A stretch of 64,000 bases of DNA, taken from positions 109,182,001-109,246,000 of the forward strand of contig OZ286461.1 of assembly GCA_965644265.1 (NCBI GenBank), written 5' to 3'. The notes under the pieces were generated by a model. It had not been told where the DNA came from, ran no database searches, and worked only from the letters and a program-made list of their open reading frames with translations. The translations under genes and the position numbers were made by a program. Position 1 is the first letter of the stretch, and each line of letters opens with the position of its first letter. The DNA is from Glycera tridactyla (taxonomy: Eukaryota). Positions 38,532 through 50,600 of this stretch are shown piece by piece.

Positions 38532-41148
38532 CTGTCAGTACCAAGATGCTGCTACCTCAACCATGCATTTTTTTCAACTGGAGTAAATCATTTTTAAGTT
38601 CTATAAAGATATTGAATGTGCATGCACAACACCAGCTCCAAACAAGTGTGTCATCCAATAGATATTTGACTGATGAGACCAAACTACATCTGAATAGAAG
38701 TACAGCGAAACCTATGGTAAGAGACCACCTCCAACAGAACACCGCTTTTCCAGGGCAGCTTTTATATCGACAGTCAAATAGACCTCCGAAACCACTTCTT
38801 TCGAGAGACCACTTTTTGGTAACATCTCGGGCAGTCTCTCATCGCAGATTTCACTGTAGTTCATCCTGCTACATATGTGAAGCTTCAAATTGTTGGTTGG
38901 CCCGGGTCCTTGACCCCTATTTTTGCCTTTTTGGCCCCTGATAATCTTCTACTATGGGTCCACTGGCCCAGCTTTTATGTCCATATGATCCATTGATGGA
39001 TAGGAGATGGCCCATCTTTCAATGCCGGTTTTGTCTATTTAGTGCCATGAGATCGCAAAATAACTGCAAAAATGGTTATTCTCTATGGCAAAATGCTTTG
39101 ATGAGCTTCTGCTGACACTGTCATGGGGATTTTCAGGGGAGTTGCATAGTTTCAAGTACCAGTAAGATATCACATTCTCATCCATGAATATGGTATCGCA
39201 ATACCAACTCACACATATATCACTTGGCTTGACACGTTACCATCAGCTACTCTACCTAGGAGTCTGTACTGGTCCTAACCAGTAGTCAATAATATATAGG
39301 CTTAAGTAGATCTTGAGACTAAAACCCCACCTGTAGTGTAACTGTAGTTGCTAACATGCCCTCCTTCATTCATTCTCATGGAACTGATTGAAATATATGT
39401 ACTTCCAGCCCCAAGGATGCACGCTGATCCATGAACATAATGGAGAATTGAAGAATAAGTGATACCAAGTCATCACAAAAAGAATTCTATAAGGCTGGAT
39501 TTCATCTGCAAATTTGACAGTAATGCGACATGTATCATTGTCTGAATTCGCTATGGACATAAAGTCGTACCTGTCCCAAAGCATGCACTCTACTAAGCAA
39601 GAACCTTTCTTGAGCAACCAAGCTGTATTCATCGACTTTGATTTGCCTCTCCTAAGCATGTAGTTTTTCTAATGATGCACTTGCATGTCTCCCCTTGGCA
39701 GCATGCTTAGGACAAGTTTGACTTGAATATCAAAGAAATTCTTCTCAAGAACATAGATGGGTTGATCGCAGACATTCATCACAGGTGCCACAGTAAGCAC
39801 ATAGCCAACTTGTGAATCACAGCATATGGGTACTAGACATTCATGCTTGATGCTCTGATACCAAAGCTTATTGCATTATCAGTACATCTACTCCTAGACT
39901 GATGCTAAGGGATGCACATGTATGATCATTCATAAGATGCTGCAAATACGAACACAGAGGAACAAACAGTGAGAAACCCTCGACAAGAGACCACCACTGG
40001 CAGGAGATCATGCTCTAGGGGCAGCTTTTCCATCTGTGATAGTCAAATATACCTTTGAAATGACCACCTCTTTTTAGAGGTGACCTTTAGGTTGGTCTCT
40101 TCTCGAGGGTTTCACTGTGTCTAGATGCTGCAAATACAAATACCACTTCAAGGTTTTGCAAAAAGCATGTACGCTGAAGCCAATTTTGTACCACTCCAGG
40201 TCCCAGATTACCTGATGAGCATCAATTGGGCTCCAACATAAAAGGAATCAAGCTCCCCAGTGATGGCCCATAGACCAAAACTTTGGATTTTGGTGTCAAT
40301 ATGGTTTAAAGGGGGTCAGTAAAGGTGAGGTATTAGGTATCATGTGGGCTGGTCGGATGCAGAACCAAAAATGAAACCCAAATTTGAGGAGCAACAAGCC
40401 TGCAGCTGAGGTGTACATTCAGTTCTGTGACAATATGCCTGATAAAATTTAATTGATGTTCATCTTATTCACTATGAATCGACTGGGTGGCATACAAGAT
40501 CTCTAAAATTGGACAGAGGCCTCCTGAAATTTCAAAGATGGGACATTCAATTATGTCTCCAGAGATGGATCAATCTAAAGTGGGAGTTATGGCCTTTGAT
40601 GATCTCAAAAGGGGCTTACATTCAAAAAGAGGAGTGAAACGCTCCCATCTTTCTTCTGGATACAACCCTGCATCAGTGTAATCAACAGAGCTCGTCTTTT
40701 TGTCACTTGTATGATTTCAATCAGATTAATTGCTTGTGCAGATGAATGCATGCTCATATTTGATTGAACCCTGCAAAACAATGGGTAACATTCACATCTA
40801 AAATAACAGAAGGTTACCCCAATTCATAACTCTTTTGTTTCAACAGATTTCTTTTATACACACTGATATCAAGGAAGGTGAACAAAGCCAACATTTTCAC
40901 ATGGGACGAGAACAAATTGAGCTTGATGATCGTGATAAATGCTACCACCTCCATCTTCCTGCGCTCCTCTTCTCCTCTGTCTATCTCTTGATCCTCTTCC
41001 TTCTCCTGAGCATGGGATATTAACCATGCTTTCAAACAGACCAGTTCAGAATGACAGCAACCCAACGCAGCTACACAGTGTCCTGGCTGGCCGAATCACA
41101 GTACAGCTTATCCAAGATGGCAGACTCACAAAGCTGGCATTCATGGCG

Positions 41149-44100
41149 TCAAAATAACTGCCATTTGCCAAGAACAGCGTCTTTAATGGCATCAACATAC
41201 TGTGCCGGTACCCAATAGATCCAAACTCTTGATGCTTCTGTTGGCCCTAACTGTATTGCCTGGAAAGAGAAAGAAGTTTTTTCTTATCAAAAGTCAATAC
41301 ATTCATAGCTAAATTTGTAGGTTTTGAATATTTGTCTGAAGAAATTGACTGAAATAACATTCTGGACCATTCTCCTGAATCAGTGTAATTCCAAAAAAAA
41401 AAACACAGTTTTAATCAAATTGGCTGAGATGTATTTTGAGTGCTGAAGCAGTGACCGATCGATGTCATCGAAGTGTCATGACTTGGCAGTTCAGACACAC
41501 TTCAACCAAAGGACTCATACCTGATGCAATGCTTTTCATGAAAGCTCAGTGGGCACAAAGAAGGAATCTACATCACTCAGGAAATAATTAATCAATATAT
41601 TCAGTTTTGAGCCATCAACATCAAGTCACCTGTCCATCAACTGTTCCTTGGTATATACAGTCGAACCAACTCTAAAGACCACCTCTCTATAAAGGCCAAT
41701 GTGAGATGCGACCGTGGTAGTAATTTCAATAGTAAATGACCTCTAACAAGGCCACAGAGAGGCAAGATACCCCGCACACGGTAGCACAGTGGGTCACCCA
41801 TATCGTACACGGGAGCAGAGTGGGTTACCCATATCGGAAAAGTTCAGTGAGATGTTTGGTTGGGTATGTAATAAGTCACTGGGTCACTGTGTAGAATGTG
41901 AAAATCTAATACAGTCTAACCTGCTCTAAAGACCACCTCTCTATAAAGACCACCTCTCTATAAAGACCACCTGAGCTGTGACCGTGGTAGTATTTTCAAC
42001 AGTAAATGACCTCTCTATAAAGACCACCTGCCCATAAAGACCGCTTTTTGATGCGACCGAAGGCGGTCTCCATAGACAGGTTCGACCGTAGTAGCACCTG
42101 TAACCTTCACCTTGACCTATGACTTGGGGTCACATGCATTGAAAGGGAGATGTTGCATTATTGCTTGATCATCCCAGATCAGTTTGATCGTTATCCAACA
42201 ATGCTAGCCTGAGTCATTGTGTGAGATCCGGATATTAAAAATAGCTCCGGTGACCTTGACATTTGACCTAGGGTCACATGTATCAAAAGAAGGTCATTAC
42301 TTTGTGTATGTTTGGTGCATATCGATCAATGCAAGCCTGAGCTGGAGTGTAAAATGAGAAAATCTATAAATAGCTCCTGTGACCTTGACCTTTGACCTAG
42401 GGTCACATACATCCAGAGGGAGGTGGCCCACTACAGGGTGATTAATTTGTGTAGGTTTGGTGCATCTCCATCCATGCTAGCTTGATTAGTGCGTAAAATA
42501 AGAAAATCTATAAAAAGGACCTGTGACCTTGACCTTTGACCTGGGGTCACATGCATCAAAAGGGAGGTAGCCCACCAATGGGTGATTACTTTACATAAGT
42601 CTGGTGCATATCCATCGAGGCTAGCTTGAGTTAGAGTGATATGAGAAAATCTACAAATAGCTCCTGTGACCTTGACCTTTGACCTAGGGTCACATGCATC
42701 GAAAGGGAGGTGGCCCACCATTGGGTCATTACTTTGTGTGAGTTTGGTGCATATCCATCGAGGCTAGCTTGAGTTAGTGTAAAATAAGAAAATCTATAAA
42801 TAGCTCCTATGACCTTGACCTTTGACCTAGGGTCACATACATCGAAAGGAAGGTGGCCCACCATTGGGTGATCACTTCGTGTAAGTTTGGTATACACGAC
42901 GAATCGCGCGAGTTCGTGGGCGCCGCCATGTTGGATTTCCGCGCGAGTACCTCTTTGCCCACTCACTTCCGGTCTAGCTAAACACCATTGAAAACGCACT
43001 GACTTCAACTCACTCTCTCGCCCCCTCTCCCTCCCCATCTTTGAGACATGGCTTCCTCACCTTCGATATAAGCTCAAAGAGCTTTGTCATGCTTTGAGCC
43101 GTGGCTTCTATGCCTTCCCAGTTTACCTGTGAACCCCATTGAGGGTTGCCGATGCTGAGCCGTGGCTTTCACGCCTTCACGGTTCACCTGTGAAATCAGA
43201 GAAGGGCCGCCGAGCTTTGGGCCATGGCTTCCACACCTTTGCCTCTGATCACTAAGCCATGGCTTCCACACCCTCACCTTTGAACTCTAGGAGCTTGTTG
43301 GCTGGCTGAGATGGGAGTAGGAGAAGAGGAGGGATGGGAGGGGAGATCATGATGACAATACCAACAATATAGATGACGACGACGATGCCTGCCTCTCCCC
43401 ATCCCCATCACCACCACCATTACCATTACAAGCAAACAACCAACANNNNNNNNNNNNNNNNNNNNNNNNNNNNNNNNNNNNNNNNNNNNNNNNNNNNNNN
43501 NNNNNNNNNNNNNNNNNNNNNNNNNNNNNNNNNNNNNNNNNNNNNNNNNNNNNNNNNNNNNNNNNNNNNNNNNNNNNNNNNNNNNNNNNNNNNNNNNNNN
43601 NNNNNNNNNNNNNNNNNNNNNNNNNNNNNNNNNNNNNNNNNNNNNNNNNNNNNNNNNNNNNNNNNNNNNNNNNNNNNNNNNNNNNNNNNNNNNNNNNNNN
43701 NNNNNNNNNNNNNNNNNNNNNNNNNNNNNNNNNNNNNNNNNNNNNNNNNNNNNNNNNNNNNNNNNNNNNNNNNNNNNNNNNNNNNNNNNNNNNNNNNNNN
43801 NNNNNNNNNNNNNNNNNNNNNNNNNNNNNNNNNNNNNNNNNNNNNNNNNNNNNNNNNNNNNNNNNNNNNNNNNNNNNNNNNNNNNNNNNNNNNNNNNNNN
43901 NNNNNNAGTGAAAAGTCACGGGACCAAATTTTTCTTTCACTTAAGACAGGATTTTGCTTAGCGCAGGGCAATTATAGTGAGAAAAAAACATTCGGGCAGA
44001 CCGTGGGGTATGTGCTTAAGACAGGATTTTGCCTAGCGCAGGTTTACTCTCGAGCAGGTTTCACTGTATTATTATTATTATTATTACGATATTTATGATA

Positions 44101-44255
44101 ACTATTATCACTACCATTATTACCATTACTATTATTATTATTCCTATCATTATTATTATTATCATTATTATCATCATCATTATTATTATTATTATTACGA
44201 TATTTATGATTACTATTATCACTACCATTATTACCATTACTATTATTATTATTTC

Positions 44256-44298
<43 letters not shown>

Positions 44299-44673
44299 AT
44301 TGTTATCATCATCATTACCATCATTATTAGCATCATTATCATTATTATAGAAATGATGATAATGGATGGATAGATGGGCANNNNNNNNNNNNNNNNNNNN
44401 NNNNNNNNNNNNNNNNNNNNNNNNNNNNNNNNNNNNNNNNNNNNNNNNNNNNNNNNNNNNNNNNNNNNNNNNNNNNNNNNNNNNNNNNNNNNNNNNNNNN
44501 NNNNNNNNNNNNNNNNNNNNNNTGGAGGGAGGGAATCTACAATTATGACAGCGACTGCTCTCACCATAAATCACTGGAGCATGGCCTCAAACGTGAGCTT
44601 GGTGTGCTTTGATCAAGATCACAGGGGAAGGCGTCGAAGCCATGGCTCAGCTCGGTGACCCCTTTCAGTTCAA

Positions 44674-44735
<62 letters not shown>

Positions 44736-47640
44736 TGAGGACGAGGACGAGGACGCCGCTGATGGTAGCCCGGAAGTGGTGAGGCAATGTGAGAGCGTCT
44801 GCTAATACCCGTGATTCATTGCGCGCACAGCGGCGCCCTCTAGCCAACAAATCGTCCTCTATATATCCATTAAAGTTAGCTTGAGTTAGAGTGTAAAATG
44901 GGAAAATCTATAAATAGCTCCTGTGACCTTGACCCTTGACCTGGGGTCACATGCATCAAAAGGGAGGTAGCCCACCAATGGGTGATTACTTTATGTAAGT
45001 CTGGTGCATATCCATCAAGGCTAGCTTGAGTTAGAGTGTAAAATAAGAAAATCTATAAATAGCTCCTGTGACCTTGACCTTTGACCTAGGGTCCCATGCA
45101 TTGAAAGGGAGGTGGCCCACCATTGTGTCATTACTTTGTGTGAGTTTGGTGCATATCCATCAAGGCTAGCTTGAGTTAGCGTGTGAAATAAGAAAATCTA
45201 TAAATAGCTCCTGTGACCTTGACCTTTGACCTTCGGGTACAAAAATCAAATTCTGGAATATGATTTTTACATAGATCACAGTTATCAAGTTTTAAGAAAC
45301 TCGGACAAGCCAATCCAAAGTTATTGCATGAAATGTGAGCGGACGTACGTACGTACGTACGTACGTACGTACGTACGGACGCCGGAGGTGAAACTATAAT
45401 ACCCCGCTTTTTCAAAAGCGGGGTATAAAAAGACCAGCCCCTATAAAGGCCACTTTTTGATGCAACTGAAGGCGGTCTATATAGAATGGTTCGACTGTAC
45501 TCGAGAAGCCTATCTGGTATCAGAACATTAGTCACAGAGAGATAAATGCTAAGACTCACCATCATGTGATATTCTTCATGACCTTCTAATGGTTCACTTA
45601 CAATAGCTTTAATTGAACCCATTGGAATTTTATCTGTTCGCTCTGAAACAACAAACACAACCTTATATCTACCACTGAAACCACTACGATTTCCCAGGAA
45701 GGAACCAAACATACTGAGGAACTACTATTTGGAAATAAAGATAAAGACTATATTTTAATAGTTCAAGGAAAAAATCATAGAAAGTCATCTCCATAGAAAT
45801 AGATCAGAGTAGGATGCATGAATTCCTCATTGGAAGAGACGGGGGGGGGGGGGAATTGGCTCTGATGAATGTATTCATTGTTTCTCAAAATCATCAAATA
45901 TGACCTGAAAGTCGTTGGGAGAGGGTTTAACGGAAGTCACAGTGGATAGCTGAAGAGGAGAGAAACTAACAGGAGTGGACTGGTATTGATTCCGGCCTAG
46001 AGGGACCACCGCTGGGTGCTGTCAACGGCGGTCTTCGTTGACTTTTGACTGTATTACTAAGATAGGTAGAATTTGGTATGATCCATATCCATATAGAGCC
46101 TATTACCTGAATCAGTTCCACATCTTTATATACAGTAAAACCTGTCTTAAGTGAAAAGTCACAGGACCAATTTTTTCTCCCACTTAAGACAGGATTTTGC
46201 TTAGTGCAGGACAATTATAGTGAGAAAAAAACATCCGGGCAGACCGTGGGGTATGTGCTTAAGACAGGATTTTGCCTAGCACAGGTTTACACTCAAGCAG
46301 GTTTCACTGTACATAAATATACGGAAATCATTCTGAAAGGCCAACATGAAGATATACAGCCTGTATTTACCAGACTCCATCCATGAGATACTAAATTCTG
46401 CGACTACAACTGAGTCCAGTAATCCATTGATCGGAGTGAACAAATAAATCTCAGGAATACAGCTTGGTTGAAAAAAGTGGTCAAAATGCCGAGGGCCCAA
46501 GGTCCAGGGCATATGGTGTTGGGCAACAGATCGCAGAATAATGTTGCTACATATGGTCACCAGCTGTGTGAACCTCCTCATCAGTTGTCATGGTAACTGC
46601 CTGTACCAAAGATTTTGATTAACATTTGGAATACATTTTAAGGTGGGGTACATTTTTTCCACACAACTGACCTCCTTATTCACAATGTCTACTCCATCAT
46701 GGATGTCTGGATCTTTGATTCAGAGTGGAAACAATCATGATTATCCAGTGACCCAAGTTCATCCCAACTTTCTGGATACTGCAATATCCATCTGGGCAAC
46801 AACATCTCAATATCTGGCAGCCCGACAGGCAACCATGATTCATATCTGAGTAGCTAGGAGAACTGTTTGCTCTGATTCTAGCCTGAGTGGGGACATTTGC
46901 CCGATCTACTTCCAAACGAAGGGACAGCACCCTAGGAATTGGAGACAATGGCTTTGGATGCTTTTGATAAATAGCTCATACCTCAGCTACATTTGATACA
47001 TAAGGGGCAATGCACACTAATATTGGGTCAAATGACGCAGTGGCGCAGCTGAGAGCAAACACTGTAGGAGCCAATTCAACATCAGATTTACCACTTCAAA
47101 CTACTTTCCTTAAATTTCAGGAATTCTCTGGGGACTTGTAAAATCAATGAATGTGAAGAAGGGAATTAATTTCAATGATCCATGCAGTTTTACATATCAA
47201 TGAAACTAGGTATATACGCTATATTGATAGGTCCTGATAAGAAATTTATGACAAGAGCGATATCCATTACCTTTAGTTCCAATCCAGAGTTGATCAGCTT
47301 CTAATTTGAAAGTCAACCTCACTTTGCCGCCTGATTTGTTGTACATTCCTGCGACAGGATGAGGCGGTAATGGTTCTTTACAGTTTTTCATGCCTGGCAT
47401 TGCATCATCTGGTTTACCATATTTCTCTAATACTGTCTTGTGAGGCTGTAAACAGAAAAAATCCAGACTTCAAAAAAATACACACCAAAAATGAAAAGTA
47501 GTAAAGGAGAAAAGTATATTAACAATCATCAATTCTTACTTCGGTGTTCCGCTAAGGAGCTGTAATCCTGCTAAAAGTAATGCATGATGGTACGCTAGGA
47601 TGAACAGCCATAATTGTTTGTGACAGAAATGTCACCGAGA

Positions 47641-47671
<31 letters not shown>

Positions 47672-50600
47672 TGGTGCATGCAAACACACATATAGATACT
47701 CCACACAATTTTCAGAGCTACTCAATTCAAGAGGCCTGTCAAGGATTTTCAAATTATCCGAAGTGCTAATTATTCAATACCAAGCTGAGAACCCCATACC
47801 CATGAAATGCACACATTATTTTTAAGCCTGGCTCTCAGATTAATCATGCATAACCAGCCCTCTCCCTTGTATCATTTAGCCCCACATACAGTCTTCACTG
47901 CCTCATCTCTTTGGATGATTATAATACAATTGAACACAATCAACACATAAGCAGGGTGCACCAGGCACAATTACACCAACTTTTCCTTTATGCTTATGTA
48001 GGACAACAGATAGCCTCCCACCTGCCCAGAGCAGGTAGATTTCCTATGTGGACAGGTCAATTTTGAATTGACTCGACATGTGGCAGGTGGAAAATGATGA
48101 TAAATATGATGAACATATAATTGGGGCAGGCTGATTTTTTAATTGGGCAGGTAGATTTGATTAGGTGGATATTTTTTAGGTCTTCATGCCCTGCTATGGT
48201 ACAAACTTTCTTCAATAGAAAATCTGAGCCCCTCTCACAACATTTTTACCTGTTTTTCATTCCAATACTACATGTATTTGCCACCCGTCAACATTTGAAG
48301 ATGCATAATAAACCAACTACAGGCAGACCTTATTTGAGAGACCCCTCTACTGAGAGACTACTTTTCAACGGTTCTTTTCTGTTTGGCATAGTCAAATAAA
48401 CCTACAATCAAAGACCACCTCTCTTGAGAGACCACTTGTGGTTGTCATTTGGGCCAGTCTCCCAAGAGAGGTTTTACTGTACCACTAAAGACTACTTTGG
48501 TGTTTGCAACCTACCTTTTGTCTACATAAGGGTTCTTTCTTTGCTGCTTCTTCTGCCTTCATTTCTTCCTTGAGTTGTTTAGCATCAGGGGCACTGACTG
48601 ACAATACATCACTGACTGTTGAGCCAACTAACATAATTTTAGAGTTCTTTGTAACCTTCTGTGAGCGTAATGTTCCTTCTTCTTTCATCAAACCTTTGAA
48701 CATTATTTTCTGCATAGCAACAGGCACACCTAGATCAAATCAAAGAATAAGAGATGATGGCACATCTATATCTCAAAATACAGGTATTGATAAAAACAAA
48801 TCTATACAGGTCTAACACAAACAAATTGACCATTCTAGAATGACCAGGGGGAGAAGAGATAGCCGCCCACCTGCCCGGGGCAGGTAGATTTTACAGGTGG
48901 GCAGGTGAATAGTGACCATAAATGACTTGTATATATAAGCAGGGAAGGTAGATTTTCCAGGGGGGCAGGTGGATTTTCATGATGTCTTCTTGCCCTGATG
49001 ACGATATGATTTCTAAGGATTCCATGTTAAAAGTTTGAGGAGTTTCCAATTTTTTTTTTAAATGATCACTGTAAATTCATTTGTCTGAAATCTTCAGAAC
49101 AAGGCATAAATGCACAAATGGCACGCATGTGCGCCGCTAATTTATCCAAGCAGCTGAATCTAGCAAGCATAATCTTTTGCTCCAAGCATTCTCAAGTAAT
49201 TGCAGTAACAAGGTCATGACCTGGGAGATGGAGATCAAGGTCACTCACCATTTTATGGGCTTCTTTTGCTTTCAATTGTGCATATATGGTGTAAATCAGG
49301 TGAATGTAGCTCCGAGCATTCTCATGTCATTGGAGTAACAAAGTATTTTTAATGTCAAGGTCATGACCTTGAAGGTGAAGGATGAGGTCAACCACATTTG
49401 ATGGGATTATCCCCATTCATTGGTACATATCTGGCAGAAATGTGATGGATGTAGCTTGAAGTTTTCAAAGTCAAGGTCATGACCTGAAAGATGAAGGTCT
49501 AGGTCACTGACATTTGATAGGCTTCTTTTGCTTTCAGTGGTGCATATATGGTGTAAATCTGGTGAATGTAGCTCCAAGCGTTCTCATGTTATTGGAGTAA
49601 CAAAATATTTTGAATGTCAAGGTCATGACCTTGAAGGTGAAAGTTGAGGTCAACAAAATTCGATGGGACTGTCCCCCATTCATTGGTGCATATCTGGCAA
49701 AATTTGATGGATGTAGCTTGAAGTTTTCAAAGTCAAGGTCATGACCTGAAAGATGAAGGTCAAGGTCACTGACATTTGATAGGCTTCTTTTGCTTTCAGT
49801 GGTGCATATATGGTGTAAATCTGGTGAATGTAGCTCCAAGCGTTCTCATGTTATTGAAGTAACAAAATATTTTGAATGTCAAGGTCATGACCTTGAAGGT
49901 GAAAGTTGAGGTCAACCACATTCGATGGGACTGTCCCCCATTCATTGGTGCATATCTGGCAAAATTTGATGGATGTAGCTTGAAGTTCTCAAAGTCAAGG
50001 TCATGACCTTGAAAATGAAGGTCAAGGTCACAGGCATTTGATAGGCTCCTTCCGCCCCTGCCATTGCCCCTCTCACTGTCCTACCCCCCCCCCCCCCAAC
50101 CCAGGTGCAATCAATCCTGCTACAACTGCCACCGCCCCCCCCCCCCCCACCCCATCCCATGGCCACTCGCTGCTGCCCCCACCCCCTGCCCTGCCCACCA
50201 CAGTTTAATCAAGAGATCAGACAGCTCTGCTGATATGTGAAAAGACTCCACTTGGTGCAAAGACAGTTATATAACCGAGGACGAAATGTGACAAGGCTCC
50301 ATTCAGAGGACCGGCAGTGTCATTACATAACAGCCTCGGTAATAGACATCATATAGTCCACTCTTTCCTATTCTGCTGGTAGAAAGTTGCTTTAAAATTC
50401 AGGATTCCAGCCTGAATAACTCATCTTCCATGAAAGTCATCGAACAATATTGATACCCGGTATTCTGCCGCTCATGATCTTTATGATTGCAAAATTTCAG
50501 AAATATTGCTTGATTAGTTACAGAGTAGTAGCTCAAAGAAAAACTTTAACCAAAAACTTTAACCAGGAAGTTTACGCCACACGGCCATACGGCCGGACAG

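Larger units (their letters stand above)
42895..44859. mobile_element. 1965-bp non-autonomous DNA element with imperfect TIRs and TATA target duplication
   Basis: Flanked by TATA (42891-42894 and 44860-44863). Removing it restores a continuous HINE unit (gtaagtttgg-TATA-tatccat). Ends CACGACGAAT / rc GAGGACGATT, and both ends carry GGGCGCCGC about 22 nt inside. Confidence 0.65.
41745..45430. mobile_element. DINE-1-like Helentron-associated non-autonomous element (HINE) with ~145-bp tandem array, interrupted by later insertions
   Basis: Starts AACAAGG...ATACCCCGC (subTIR). Terminal hairpin ATACCCCGCTTTT-TC-AAAAGCGGGGTAT at 45399-45426 followed by an A-run. (ACGT)n microsatellite at 45343-45376. 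TGACCTTGACCTTTGACC-containing units of 143-145 bp at 42100-42894 and 44860-45235. Confidence 0.8.
3736..48479. mobile_element. Dispersed CAGT/GAGACCACC MITE family; further copies at about 3736-3920, 8670-8827, 22163-22319, 28548-28708, 29390-29560, 31117-31241, 31655-31817, 38703-38856, 39967-40117, 41658-45497 (split), 41912-42088, 48320-48479
   Basis: Shared CAGTGAAACCTG / CAGGTTTCACTG termini, internal GAGACCACC/GGTGGTCTC repeats, mostly TA-flanked. The range given is only the span of the family. Confidence 0.75.

Noticed and set aside
44029-44574. Ile-, Asn- and Met-rich ORFs in the ORF track
   Set aside because: Translations of (ATT)n microsatellite and N gaps.
42100-45235. Regularly spaced repeats as a possible CRISPR-like array
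   Set aside because: Whole ~145-bp units repeat with no unique spacers; eukaryotic HINE satellite.
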